A stretch of DNA of 58,182 nt from an uncultured virus (IMG/VR IMGVR_UViG_3300028888_000072) (IMGVR_UViG_3300028888_000072:62001-120182); one strand, 5' to 3'; positions 19,590 through 28,818 are shown, numbered from the stretch's first letter. Notes: generated by a model not told the origin, from the sequence alone. Made by a program: numbers and translations.

Positions 19590-20249
19590 ATGTTAGCATT
19601 AAAAGGTAGACACGATTCGTTTAGATTATTGTTTCCTAAACATTTTTTAGTTGATGAAATTGAAGAGAAATATTCTAAGATACTTAAAGAAAAACATAGT
19701 TATTTTCTTACTCCATTAGATTTCATTAATGAATCTATACAACGTGTAGAAGTATTAGGATTCACAAATGGAACTATACAGCAACAGCAATCATCTCGTG
19801 GAGATAAACCTGTATTTAATCAAAACAGGCAGAAAGAAAACGAATTTATGTTTCCATCAACAGATTATAATTATCGTTCAGAAGTTTCTCCAATAGCATT
19901 AACTGATAGGACGTTAAATGTTGAATTCAGACATACATTAGGTTATTTAAATTATTTTATGCTTTTTGAAAATTTCTGGTATTTATTTTCAAGAGATACG
20001 AAAACATCAGATATTCATGATTATTTCGCAATTGATATACTTAATGAAATTGGGTCTGTTTATTCAAGAATAATGATTTATCATCCATTAATTAATTCTA
20101 TGGATATGCTATCATTCGATTATACTCAACCTGTTGCTCAAGCAGGATCATTTAAGATAGAATTCAAATATTCTAATTTTGACTTTGAATTTATAAATTT
20201 AGATGAATATAATAAAGAACAGCATATTGAATTAATTAAACCAGAGTAA
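19590..20249 (+). CDS. Tail tube terminator / tail tube-like protein (T4 gp3-like)
   Basis: C-terminal IDILNE...YHPLINSMDMLSFDYTQ...FKIEFKYSNFDF resembles the gp3/gp19 family pattern; tail gene context. Confidence 0.55.
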   Translation: MLALKGRHDSFRLLFPKHFLVDEIEEKYSKILKEKHSYFLTPLDFINESIQRVEVLGFTNGTIQQQQSSRGDKPVFNQNRQKENEFMFPSTDYNYRSEVSPIALTDRTLNVEFRHTLGYLNYFMLFENFWYLFSRDTKTSDIHDYFAIDILNEIGSVYSRIMIYHPLINSMDMLSFDYTQPVAQAGSFKIEFKYSNFDFEFINLDEYNKEQHIELIKPE

Positions 20250-20274
20250 TAAATTAAATTTACATCGACTAGCT

Positions 20275-20360
20275 ATTTAGAAGCCGTCTAGAATCATTGA
20301 ATATTTTTATAATATAGTTTTATAAAATTAATATTTCATGATCTTAGACGGCTTCTAAAT
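20275..20360. repeat. Long inverted repeat (palindromic element A)
   Basis: Perfect 16-bp arms ATTTAGAAGCCGTCTA / TAGACGGCTTCTAAAT, with further internal pairing around an AT-rich core. Confidence 0.85.
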
Positions 20361-20461
20361 GTCTTTTTTAAAATTTTCAAATATATATAAATATTTTTAC
20401 ATTTAATATTTTTTACATTTATACTATTTTATTATAAAAATCTAAATATATACAAATACAT

Positions 20462-21757
20462 ATGAAGAAAAATATTAAATGGTGTGCAATTCAGCCGTTG
20501 ACTGGTGGAATGTATTTAGGTACAGAAAAAGCAGTTGGTTGCAAAGCTGAATTCATATTGACATACCCAGGATTTGGTGATCCTATTTATAATAAAAAGA
20601 CAGACACATTAGTAGGTGGTGGTAATGAATATCATCTTATGACTTATTTAAATAAAGTCAATCGTCGTCCTGAATATAAAGTTTTGAATCGTAAGCCATT
20701 TCAGAATGATAATGATATGAATCCTGAAATTATGAATCATGACGTTTGGACATTAAATCCTGATAAAGAATTGGATTATTCAAATATGGATTTATGCGTA
20801 GCAGTTCCAGTATGTTCAGGATTATCTACTGCAACAAGAGGTTCACAAGAAGCAAAGGATGCAAGAAACTGTAATATGGTTTGGATATCTAAATATGCAT
20901 TGAATGTTATTAAGCCAAATATTTATATCTTTGAAAATGCTCCAACTTTTATGGGGTCACGCGGAGATAGTATTAGAGTTAACTTAGAGAACCTTGCAAA
21001 AGAAACAGGTTATTCAATTGTTTATTATAGAACTGATACACAATATCATGATAATTGCCAGAAACGTAAACGTACATTCATTATATTCTTTAAAAAGGAT
21101 TATGCTCCTAAGATGGAATTTGAACGTATAGAAACAGATTATGATGAATACTTTAGTCGTATACCAAAAGATGCAACACAGCAAGTAGCATTAGATATAA
21201 ATATTGTAAATTGTGTTAACTTATTCTGTATTGAATATCTTAAAGATAAGTTTGGCAAAGACTGGAGAAATTGCATAACAAATATTTTTGATTACATTAT
21301 TAATCATAAGTTATTTGATGAAGTAATGGATTATATCAATAATAAGAGTTCAGCTTCAGATAAACAGAAGGAGACAATGACTAAGTTCTTTAATCATGTT
21401 AAGCTTAAGGTATCAATGAACATGGGATTCTATCATGCACTTCCATATATTCCTCGTGATGGTAAGTTACCTGCTGTTATGTTTAAGATGATGCAATCAG
21501 TATTGCACCCACATGAAGATAGATTACTTTCTGTTCGTGAATGCTTACATCTTATGGGTCATCCATTTGATTATGAATTGCAAGGTGATCTTTTGAGAGA
21601 ATATCCAAAGATTGGTCAGAATGTTCCAGTTCGTACTGCTTATTGGATTGTATCTGAAGCATTAAGAGCATTTGATAGAGATAATGATTTAGATGAAAAG
21701 AAAACAGTAAGATTCTTTGATAACATTAAGCAAACAGAAATTAAATACGAACATTAA
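20462..21757 (+). CDS. DNA (cytosine-5) methyltransferase, phage type
   Basis: Variant motif I QPLTGG, catalytic PVCSGLS, ENAP, QKRKRTF, RLLSVRECLHLMG, IGQNVP. Confidence 0.85.
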   Translation: MKKNIKWCAIQPLTGGMYLGTEKAVGCKAEFILTYPGFGDPIYNKKTDTLVGGGNEYHLMTYLNKVNRRPEYKVLNRKPFQNDNDMNPEIMNHDVWTLNPDKELDYSNMDLCVAVPVCSGLSTATRGSQEAKDARNCNMVWISKYALNVIKPNIYIFENAPTFMGSRGDSIRVNLENLAKETGYSIVYYRTDTQYHDNCQKRKRTFIIFFKKDYAPKMEFERIETDYDEYFSRIPKDATQQVALDINIVNCVNLFCIEYLKDKFGKDWRNCITNIFDYIINHKLFDEVMDYINNKSSASDKQKETMTKFFNHVKLKVSMNMGFYHALPYIPRDGKLPAVMFKMMQSVLHPHEDRLLSVRECLHLMGHPFDYELQGDLLREYPKIGQNVPVRTAYWIVSEALRAFDRDNDLDEKKTVRFFDNIKQTEIKYEH

Positions 21758-21762
21758 TAGGT

Positions 21763-21831
21763 GGGCTTTTTATTGTTGGATTGGCTTTATGAATATATGA
21801 AATTCATAGAGCTAATCCACCAATGCAGCCC
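21763..21831 (+). other. Long intergenic RNA hairpin
   Basis: 18-bp stem (21777-21794 / 21802-21819) with two G-U pairs, extended by ATTG/CAAT and GGGCT/AGCCC; no U-tract. Confidence 0.7.
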
Positions 21832-21873
21832 GATTACGAAGATGATTTTGAATATTAATTAAATTAAATAAGT

Positions 21874-23232
21874 ATGTTATTATCAAAAATTGGTTATTCA
21901 TATAACGATATAACAATCGTTCCGTCAATTATTTCAAGAGTTACATCAAGAACAGAATGTAACCCATTTGTTAAAGATAATTTTCTACCTATATTTGCTT
22001 CTCCTATGGCAAGTGTAGTTAGCGATAATAATTTAGATACATTTTTAGATAATGGTATAATACCAATATTGCCACGTAATATTGATTTTGAAACCCGTAA
22101 GAAATTTATGAATGAACAGACTTGGGTTGCATTATCCTTAAAGGAATTTGAAGAGTTGTTTATTAAATATGCAATTGATAGAAAAGGAGATTTTAGAACT
22201 CATTATTTTGTAGTAGTTGATATTGCAAATGGTCATATGAGGTCATTATATGAAAAATGTATTCATGCAAAAGAACTAGCTATAGAATATGAATATGTAT
22301 TAACTATTATGACAGGTAATATTGCTAATCCTAAAACATATGAATGGATTTGTAGAAATGCTAGATATAAGAACATAAAAAATGGAAAATCTGGTTTAGC
22401 TGTAGATTATATTCGTGTTGGCATCGGAGGTGGTCATGGCTGTATAACTACCAGTAATACATCTGCCCATTATCCACAAGCATCATTAATTAATGAATGT
22501 AAGCAAATTAAAGATAAACTTTTAAACGAAACAGATGATACACATCCTAGTTATCATAAACCAATTTTTAATTCTGAAGATTTTCCTAAGATAGTAGCTG
22601 ATGGTGGAATACGAAATTATGATCATGTTATTAAAGCATTGGCATTAGGAGCAGATTATGTAATGATAGGTAGTTTATTTGCACAATGTATTGAATCTGC
22701 TGGTGAAAAGACAATAAAACCATTAAACACAAAACTTCCATTAAGATTTACAATTGAACAATATAAAGATTTCAGTGTTGATACGAAAGGATATGTTAAA
22801 GGATATTATACCGATGACTTTATAAATAATAATATAAAGCCTTGGAAATGGAAATTAATGGATGCTGAAGATAATGTTAAAAATGGTAAATACACAAAAG
22901 ATAGTTCTGAATATAAATTAGCTGTTCTTGAATATGATAATAAATTAAACGAATTGAAAGAACAAAAAATGATTGGTCAGATAGATGTTAAATTTTTTGG
23001 AATGGCTTCTGCAGATGGTCAGAAATCTATATCTGGTGAAAAGACAAAAACAGCCGAAGGAATTACAAAATGGTTGCCGGTGAAATATACATTAGCAGGA
23101 TGGGTTGAGAATATGATATCTTATTTAAGGTCTGCAATGTCATATACAGATTGCAAGACGTTAAAAGAATTCATAGGTAAACCGGAATTGATTGTAAATA
23201 GTATATCTGAAATACAAGCAGTAAATAGATAG
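21874..23232 (+). CDS. IMP dehydrogenase / GMP reductase family protein
   Basis: YNDITIVP, PIFASPM, VDIANGH, GNIA, RVGIGGGHGCIT, IVADGGIR, ALALGADYVMIGS, FFGMAS, TAEG, LRSAMSY; no CBS domains. Confidence 0.9.
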   Translation: MLLSKIGYSYNDITIVPSIISRVTSRTECNPFVKDNFLPIFASPMASVVSDNNLDTFLDNGIIPILPRNIDFETRKKFMNEQTWVALSLKEFEELFIKYAIDRKGDFRTHYFVVVDIANGHMRSLYEKCIHAKELAIEYEYVLTIMTGNIANPKTYEWICRNARYKNIKNGKSGLAVDYIRVGIGGGHGCITTSNTSAHYPQASLINECKQIKDKLLNETDDTHPSYHKPIFNSEDFPKIVADGGIRNYDHVIKALALGADYVMIGSLFAQCIESAGEKTIKPLNTKLPLRFTIEQYKDFSVDTKGYVKGYYTDDFINNNIKPWKWKLMDAEDNVKNGKYTKDSSEYKLAVLEYDNKLNELKEQKMIGQIDVKFFGMASADGQKSISGEKTKTAEGITKWLPVKYTLAGWVENMISYLRSAMSYTDCKTLKEFIGKPELIVNSISEIQAVNR

Positions 23233-23255
23233 TAATTTAAGTTACTATCTATTTT
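23224..23255 (+). terminator. Rho-independent terminator
   Basis: AATAGATAGTAA-TTTAAG-TTACTATCTATT plus T run. Confidence 0.65.
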
Positions 23256-23281
23256 GAATTTTATTTGAAAAAATCTATATT
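23254..23281 (+). promoter_or_regulatory. Putative early promoter TTGAA-N16-CTATATT
   Basis: Exact match to the recurring motif. Confidence 0.65.
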
Positions 23282-23306
23282 TATATATAATTTAAAAAAT
23301 ATAAAT

Positions 23307-23861
23307 ATGTATAGTATAAGTTTTAATTATACTCCTGGACAATTAGTATATTTTATTTACAAGAATTATATTAAGAAAGGATATGTTCAGGAAGTATCTA
23401 TAAAAGTAGATTATATTGATCATGAAGGATGTTGTTCTCCTAATATTCAATATAAAGTTAATGAGCAATGGTATGATGAATCAAAATTGTGGGATAATAA
23501 GAAAGATGCACAATTTTGTTTAGATCATACATTATGCTATAATAAAGAACTTGATTTGACTTCAGATACTGCATTATGGGAAAACATTGATAATTCAAAT
23601 ATTAAAGTAAAAGTTTTAAGACTATTTGAAAGAACAAATAATAAGCATCCTTGGAAAAAAATGAAGGTTGCTGAAATTTTTTATATTAATAAAGAAGGTA
23701 AAGGAAGATTTAGATATGTTCCTAAAGAAGATATTACATTAGTTAATGAAGAAAATAAGTTTACAAAAGAAACAAAATATGGATTGATTAGGAGATTCGG
23801 TCAATATTATGTTGAAGACGATATTTATAATTTCGTATGTTATGATGGAATAAAATATTAA
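23307..23861 (+). CDS. Hypothetical protein
   Basis: ATG at 23307 preferred; the track's TTG start lies inside the promoter. Confidence 0.65.
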   Translation: MYSISFNYTPGQLVYFIYKNYIKKGYVQEVSIKVDYIDHEGCCSPNIQYKVNEQWYDESKLWDNKKDAQFCLDHTLCYNKELDLTSDTALWENIDNSNIKVKVLRLFERTNNKHPWKKMKVAEIFYINKEGKGRFRYVPKEDITLVNEENKFTKETKYGLIRRFGQYYVEDDIYNFVCYDGIKY

Positions 23862-23869
23862 TTAAGAAT

Positions 23870-24361
23870 ATGAGTGTATTTAAAGAAAAGATTAAGATTA
23901 TTTGGAACGTAATTAAAGCCAAGCAATATTTCTTTGCTTCATTACCATTTAGTGATATTGATGAAAATGTTTCAGCATCAAAAATTTGTTGTATTGTATC
24001 TGATGATAGCATGCCTATTTTTATGAGTACAGTATCTAAAATGGCTAATAAGATTCATAATGATGTTGAAAGTCAATATTCAATGGAAGGATCTATTATT
24101 AAAACACGAGATGAAGCTGTTCAATTATTAAAAGACGGAGTACAGATATTTGTATCATTATCTAGTAATCTTAAAGATGGATATTGTAATGTAGACCATG
24201 ATTTAGAATATTCTTATAAGTATCGTAAAGGAATTCTATATGAAGTAAATGATAAAAATAAAGAAAAAGAAATTTCTTGGTCTTATTTTAGTAGTGCATG
24301 GCATGATTTTGTTGAGAATAAAAAATATGTATTCTATAAGAAGTTTTATGTAAAGAAGTAA
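23870..24361 (+). CDS. Hypothetical protein
   Basis: Operon-packed ORF. Confidence 0.65.
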   Translation: MSVFKEKIKIIWNVIKAKQYFFASLPFSDIDENVSASKICCIVSDDSMPIFMSTVSKMANKIHNDVESQYSMEGSIIKTRDEAVQLLKDGVQIFVSLSSNLKDGYCNVDHDLEYSYKYRKGILYEVNDKNKEKEISWSYFSSAWHDFVENKKYVFYKKFYVKK

Positions 24362-24380
24362 CATTTAAAACCAAACAAAT

Positions 24381-24983
24381 ATGAACAGAGAAGAAATTAT
24401 TTCAAAGATTAAAGAATTGCATCAGTATTCAATAAACATTTCTAAGTATAATAGAATGATGAAAGAAATTCCAAAACATGAAAATGAAATTAAAGATTGG
24501 ATTATCCAGGATACTGAAAAGATTGAGCAAATTCAAAACGAAATCGCAGTTCCTTTGCATAAGATGTATAGGAAAGATATGATTGGCAAATATTTTTGTA
24601 ATGTATCAACATGGTATACAGATTATAATTATTTGATGCTTATGTATGTTACTGATACATTCATGGAGAAGAAATCACAGTATTGGAATTATGATGTAAT
24701 CTGTAAGCAGCTTGGAGAATTTCTTTATGTTCAGTTTTCAAAGAAGGGAGAAGTATTGGAAGTTGATTACACAAAGAAAACTGACAAATTTGATATGAAG
24801 GGTGGTTATCTTTCTTCTCATAATATTTATGGAATTCTTTCAGAAGGTTTGAATGGTTGGAAAGAAATTGATCATGATACATATATGAAATTAATTGAAA
24901 AATATACTCCAACTCCGTTAACACCAAAAATTAATTTGGAAACACTTCCAAATATGTGTACAGATTTTAAATTGGAAGAGTAA
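24381..24983 (+). CDS. Hypothetical protein
   Basis: 200-aa ORF. Confidence 0.65.
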   Translation: MNREEIISKIKELHQYSINISKYNRMMKEIPKHENEIKDWIIQDTEKIEQIQNEIAVPLHKMYRKDMIGKYFCNVSTWYTDYNYLMLMYVTDTFMEKKSQYWNYDVICKQLGEFLYVQFSKKGEVLEVDYTKKTDKFDMKGGYLSSHNIYGILSEGLNGWKEIDHDTYMKLIEKYTPTPLTPKINLETLPNMCTDFKLEE

Positions 24984-25024
24984 TAATAAAATATTAAATA
25001 TTATATAAATTTAGCTCAGAAGTA

Positions 25025-25052
25025 TTGAATATTTCTGGGCTTTTACTATATT
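25025..25052 (+). promoter_or_regulatory. Putative early promoter TTGAA-N16-CTATATT overlapping a terminator-like hairpin
   Basis: Exact motif; hairpin AGCTCAGAAGTAT...ATATTTCTGGGCT plus TTT overlaps it. Confidence 0.65.
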
Positions 25053-25086
25053 ATTTATATAATATAAAAAATTAAATATTATAAAT

Positions 25087-25308
25087 ATGAATAGATTAGA
25101 AGCATTTGAAGCACTTAAACAAGGAAAATATGTATATAATGTTAAATATCCAGACTGTATATATCATATTAATATTGTAACAAGACCAGGTGGAAAAATA
25201 ATCATACAGTATTTAAATAATAATATACATGAATTTTACCAACCAAAACATTATTGGTTACGTGGAAATAAAAATGATCAATTTGAAATATATAATTTTG
25301 TAAAATAA
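25087..25308 (+). CDS. Hypothetical protein, weak DUF2829-like N-terminus
   Basis: MNRLEAFEALKQGKYV. Confidence 0.55.
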   Translation: MNRLEAFEALKQGKYVYNVKYPDCIYHINIVTRPGGKIIIQYLNNNIHEFYQPKHYWLRGNKNDQFEIYNFVK

Positions 25309-25314
25309 AAAATT

Positions 25315-25680
25315 ATGTCACGTACTTATAAAAAGAATATTCGCTGCTTCTGTTGTTACGGAGATAATCGTAAATTCTATGAATATCGTCGTCGTCAATG
25401 TCGCCATCGTATTAATCATGAAGTTCGTAATCTTCTTTCAAATTATGGACCTGAAGGTCTTGATGAAATGTGGAAAGGCCCAGATATGACAGTTGAAGCA
25501 CAGTGGATGGAACCAACTGACGGTCATTGGGCTATTGATAAAGAGTATATTAAAAGAATGGATCGTGTATATAATAATGATCCTCATTATGATTCTAGAT
25601 ATCGTGATAGAAATTATTGGCATCGTAAATATGATAGATATTTTAAACCAAAGAATCGTAAACATTATAGAACAGTATGA
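25315..25680 (+). CDS. Basic Arg-rich hypothetical protein
   Basis: MSRTYKK...RRRQCRHR. Confidence 0.65.
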   Translation: MSRTYKKNIRCFCCYGDNRKFYEYRRRQCRHRINHEVRNLLSNYGPEGLDEMWKGPDMTVEAQWMEPTDGHWAIDKEYIKRMDRVYNNDPHYDSRYRDRNYWHRKYDRYFKPKNRKHYRTV

Positions 25681-25823
25681 AGACAAATCTTGAATTAGAA
25701 AAAATTCCAACTGCTGATATTTTGGAAGAGCTTATTCGTCGTGATAAGAATGGTGATAACAGTTTTCATTTAATGAGTGAATCTGTTACAAGTTATACAT
25801 TTAAATTTTGGAAATTTACATAA
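25677..25823 (+). CDS. Small hypothetical protein (48 aa), not in ORF track
   Basis: MKTNLELEKIPTADILEELIRRD...; ATGA overlap upstream and TAATG overlap downstream. Confidence 0.6.
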   Translation: MKTNLELEKIPTADILEELIRRDKNGDNSFHLMSESVTSYTFKFWKFT

Positions 25824-26026
25824 TGAGTCAATATAAATACAATATGGGTTATTATGCTAAGAATGGTAAATTTAAGTTTACTGTTTGGTTGAAAGAGGAA
25901 TGGCCTGAGATTTGGAAAGATTTTGATTTGGATAATAAAACTTTCAATGAGCAGCTTGCTGTTGCAAAGACTACATATTACATTAAACAGAAAGAAGGTA
26001 CACTTTATAAAGATTACGTTTTATGA
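25823..26026 (+). CDS. Hypothetical protein
   Basis: ATG at 25823 (TAATG coupling) preferred over the track start. Confidence 0.6.
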   Translation: MSQYKYNMGYYAKNGKFKFTVWLKEEWPEIWKDFDLDNKTFNEQLAVAKTTYYIKQKEGTLYKDYVL

Positions 26027-26388
26027 AAGTATTTATTTTAAGAGGAGTAATGGTAAATAGATTACTTGATAATGAGTTAGAAAAACTAATGAATGCAGGT
26101 ATTGAATTTGCCATAACGAATAATAACGGTCCTTTTGGAATTGATAATACTGAAGGATATTGTTTTAATACAAATTCTTTGGTATTTATGTGGCCAGAGT
26201 ATTATGTAGAAGATAATAACTATGCAAGTGTTGTTGCAGATGTTATCAAAGATTTATTTACTTATTGCCCAGAAGATAAAGCAGAATCGTATTTAAAAGA
26301 ATGGGAACATGTTAAAAATGTATTGAATCAGATGCTTGCATCTGAAACTCTTAAGTATGATCTTAGTGAAATGAATTTTATTAGTTAA
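26023..26388 (+). CDS. Hypothetical protein
   Basis: ATGA-coupled ORF. Confidence 0.65.
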   Translation: MKVFILRGVMVNRLLDNELEKLMNAGIEFAITNNNGPFGIDNTEGYCFNTNSLVFMWPEYYVEDNNYASVVADVIKDLFTYCPEDKAESYLKEWEHVKNVLNQMLASETLKYDLSEMNFIS

Positions 26389-26401
26389 TTAAAAATTAAA
26401 T

Positions 26402-26869
26402 ATGAAGCTTGAGAATTTAGAAACACTTAAAATTGGAGATACTATTTACAGTTTCTTTGGAAATACTTTTAAAATTTATAAAGTAATAAATATTAGTCTA
26501 TTTACACACGAAATTACTGTTTGTATTGAGAGTAATAACAATATTGAGAATGGTAAAGATTATTTCATTATTAATATTCCTATTGAAGACCGATATAATG
26601 ATATTAAGTATGGATACGAATTTACACTGATGGATCTTGATTTGAATACCGCATATCATAATTATTCTGAATATATCAACATACAGATTAAAAAACTGAA
26701 CGGTATGCGTGGGAACATGAAAGGTCTAAAGCGTAAATATATGCTTGATAATAAAATGATTCCTGAGAATGAAAAGACTTGGAAAGAACTTGGATATAAG
26801 TCTTATAGAGATTATCAGGAACATATGAATGATTTGTATGATGATTTAAGACACGGCTATATAGGATAA
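26402..26869 (+). CDS. Hypothetical protein (DLxxGDxxY family)
   Basis: ETLKIGDTIYSF motif. Confidence 0.65.
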   Translation: MKLENLETLKIGDTIYSFFGNTFKIYKVINISLFTHEITVCIESNNNIENGKDYFIINIPIEDRYNDIKYGYEFTLMDLDLNTAYHNYSEYINIQIKKLNGMRGNMKGLKRKYMLDNKMIPENEKTWKELGYKSYRDYQEHMNDLYDDLRHGYIG

Positions 26870-26871
26870 TT

Positions 26872-27285
26872 ATGAAAATTCAATTTTGGAATACTAATAA
26901 AGGATTTTTTCTAGCTAATGAAGGAACATATTATATTCAATTAATTGATGATAAAGCTACATTAGTTAGTAAAATTATTATTGAAATTAATAATGATGAA
27001 TATCCTAGGTATAAAGAATATTGTAAAGGTAAATTATTTGCAAAGATTATTAGAGTTGAAACTTATCCAAATTATGTTGGAAAAGGATATGCTACTAAAC
27101 TTATGAACTTTTTAATAAAGAAATTTAAATATTATAATATTCTTTTATTATGCAGTCCTTGTAAAAGAGAAGAAAATACAGATACACTTAAAACAGTATC
27201 TGATTTAGAAAAGTTTTATTCAAAATTTGGATTTATAAGAACTGAAGAACTTTTACCAACAATGATTTTAAAAGCTAACATTTAA
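26872..27285 (+). CDS. GNAT-family N-acetyltransferase
   Basis: VETYPNYVGKGYATKLM (acetyl-CoA motif A) and LEKFYSKFGF (motif B). Confidence 0.85.
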   Translation: MKIQFWNTNKGFFLANEGTYYIQLIDDKATLVSKIIIEINNDEYPRYKEYCKGKLFAKIIRVETYPNYVGKGYATKLMNFLIKKFKYYNILLLCSPCKREENTDTLKTVSDLEKFYSKFGFIRTEELLPTMILKANI

Positions 27286-27297
27286 ATTAATTAATAT

Positions 27298-27804
27298 ATG
27301 GAAGTAATAGTAGTAAAAAGAAAATATAATTATTGGGAAGATTCATATACAAAAATTCTTGGCGTATGTATGACTGATGAAAAAGCTGATGAGCTTATTG
27401 AAATTGATAAGCATAAAGATGATCATCCAGAAATGGATAAAGAATCATGGTTAGCTTGTGAACGTTATTTTGAACGTCAGAGAGAGAATCTTGAACATAA
27501 TGAAAAAAATGGTCCAAAGAAATCTGGTTTTTTGAATAGATTCAATTATGATGGTTTGAATAAGACAGCAAAACATGCATATGATGAATTAAAAAAGAAA
27601 TATGATGGTGCAAGATTCACTTATGGACTTTGGTGTGATATGGATGAATTGGAAAGATATTATCTTAATCAGATTATAGATAGAGATTTAAAGAATATAT
27701 CATTTGAAACATATCAAGAACTTGATGATTGGTATTCAAGCGGAGAACATTCAGAAGATCCTGAAGATATTTATTACAATAAAGAAGTATTTGAAGTAAT
27801 TTAA
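27298..27804 (+). CDS. Hypothetical protein
   Basis: Operon-packed ORF. Confidence 0.65.
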   Translation: MEVIVVKRKYNYWEDSYTKILGVCMTDEKADELIEIDKHKDDHPEMDKESWLACERYFERQRENLEHNEKNGPKKSGFLNRFNYDGLNKTAKHAYDELKKKYDGARFTYGLWCDMDELERYYLNQIIDRDLKNISFETYQELDDWYSSGEHSEDPEDIYYNKEVFEVI

Positions 27805-27810
27805 ATATTA

Positions 27811-27838
27811 TTGAAATTTTTAAATTATATACTATATT
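27811..27838 (+). promoter_or_regulatory. Putative early promoter TTGAA-N16-CTATATT
   Basis: Exact motif. Confidence 0.65.
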
Positions 27839-27863
27839 TATATATCAAACAAATAATATAAAT

Positions 27864-28220
27864 ATGAACAAAACATTTGCTGATATTCGAGTTGGAGATA
27901 TTCTTTATTGGGGTGCTATTGGTATGGATCATATTGCAACCACAATTGTTACTGATACACATCTTAATCTTGATGGTGAACATTTGCCTAATGTGTGCGA
28001 AGTGACCTTTGAGACTAATGATAGTTTCAAATTCGATATTTGTAATGCTCTTTTGAGAATACATAATTGCATTATATTTACTCATCAAATTAATGATAAT
28101 GAAATTTATATTGGTACAACTAAAGATGCAGTTGCTACACAAATATTAAAGACTCTTGATTCAAGAATTTCATTTTGGGCTAATCGAAAAGAAAGATTTA
28201 TAGAACAATATAATAAATAA
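27864..28220 (+). CDS. Hypothetical protein (DLxxGDxxY family)
   Basis: FADIRVGDILYWG motif. Confidence 0.65.
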   Translation: MNKTFADIRVGDILYWGAIGMDHIATTIVTDTHLNLDGEHLPNVCEVTFETNDSFKFDICNALLRIHNCIIFTHQINDNEIYIGTTKDAVATQILKTLDSRISFWANRKERFIEQYNK

Positions 28221-28221
28221 T

Positions 28222-28536
28222 ATGAAGACAATTAGATTGATTAACATTGAGAATTTTGAAGCAAGTACTGCTAAAGCATATGTCGAGTATTTGAAGGAAG
28301 CAGATGTATTTACTTATATTAGACTTAAGCCAGGTACTACTGCAGATAATACATTAACATTTTATTATCCTGATGAACATCTTAATAAGTCTACTATTCG
28401 TATTAAGAATGCAATTGTAGAAATCTTTGATGATTGGGATGAACAGAATCTTCAGAAGATTTTTGATAGGCTTGATGAACTTAAAGAATCTGAAACAATA
28501 ATTTGGGATAACAGTATTGGAAATTTTATAGATTAA
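28222..28536 (+). CDS. Hypothetical protein
   Basis: Operon-packed ORF. Confidence 0.65.
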   Translation: MKTIRLINIENFEASTAKAYVEYLKEADVFTYIRLKPGTTADNTLTFYYPDEHLNKSTIRIKNAIVEIFDDWDEQNLQKIFDRLDELKESETIIWDNSIGNFID

Positions 28537-28540
28537 AATT

Positions 28541-28672
28541 ATGGATATAAAAGAAGCAATAAAAGAAATGGAAAATTATGTGGAAGGAATCCTTGAATAT
28601 CCTGACCCATATCGTGATCCAGATATAGATGCATTAGATACATTAATAGAATTCGCAAAATCAAAACTTTAA
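28541..28672 (+). CDS. Small hypothetical protein (43 aa), not in ORF track
   Basis: MDIKEAIKEMENYVEGILEYPDPYRDPDIDALDTLIEFAKSKL. Confidence 0.55.
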   Translation: MDIKEAIKEMENYVEGILEYPDPYRDPDIDALDTLIEFAKSKL

Positions 28673-28677
28673 GAAAT

Positions 28678-28818
28678 ATGACAAATAAAGAAAAAATTGA
28701 TTTAATACGATATGCAATTAGTTTAGTTGGAGATGGTGGACCAGACCCATTAACAACAAAAGAAAGAATTATAATAAATGATTTTTTAAATGAATTAGAA
28801 AATAAATATTATGTATAA
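28678..28818 (+). CDS. Small hypothetical protein (46 aa), not in ORF track
   Basis: MTNKEKIDLIRYAISLVGDGGPDPLTTKERIII...; overlaps the rtcB start. Confidence 0.5.
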   Translation: MTNKEKIDLIRYAISLVGDGGPDPLTTKERIIINDFLNELENKYYV

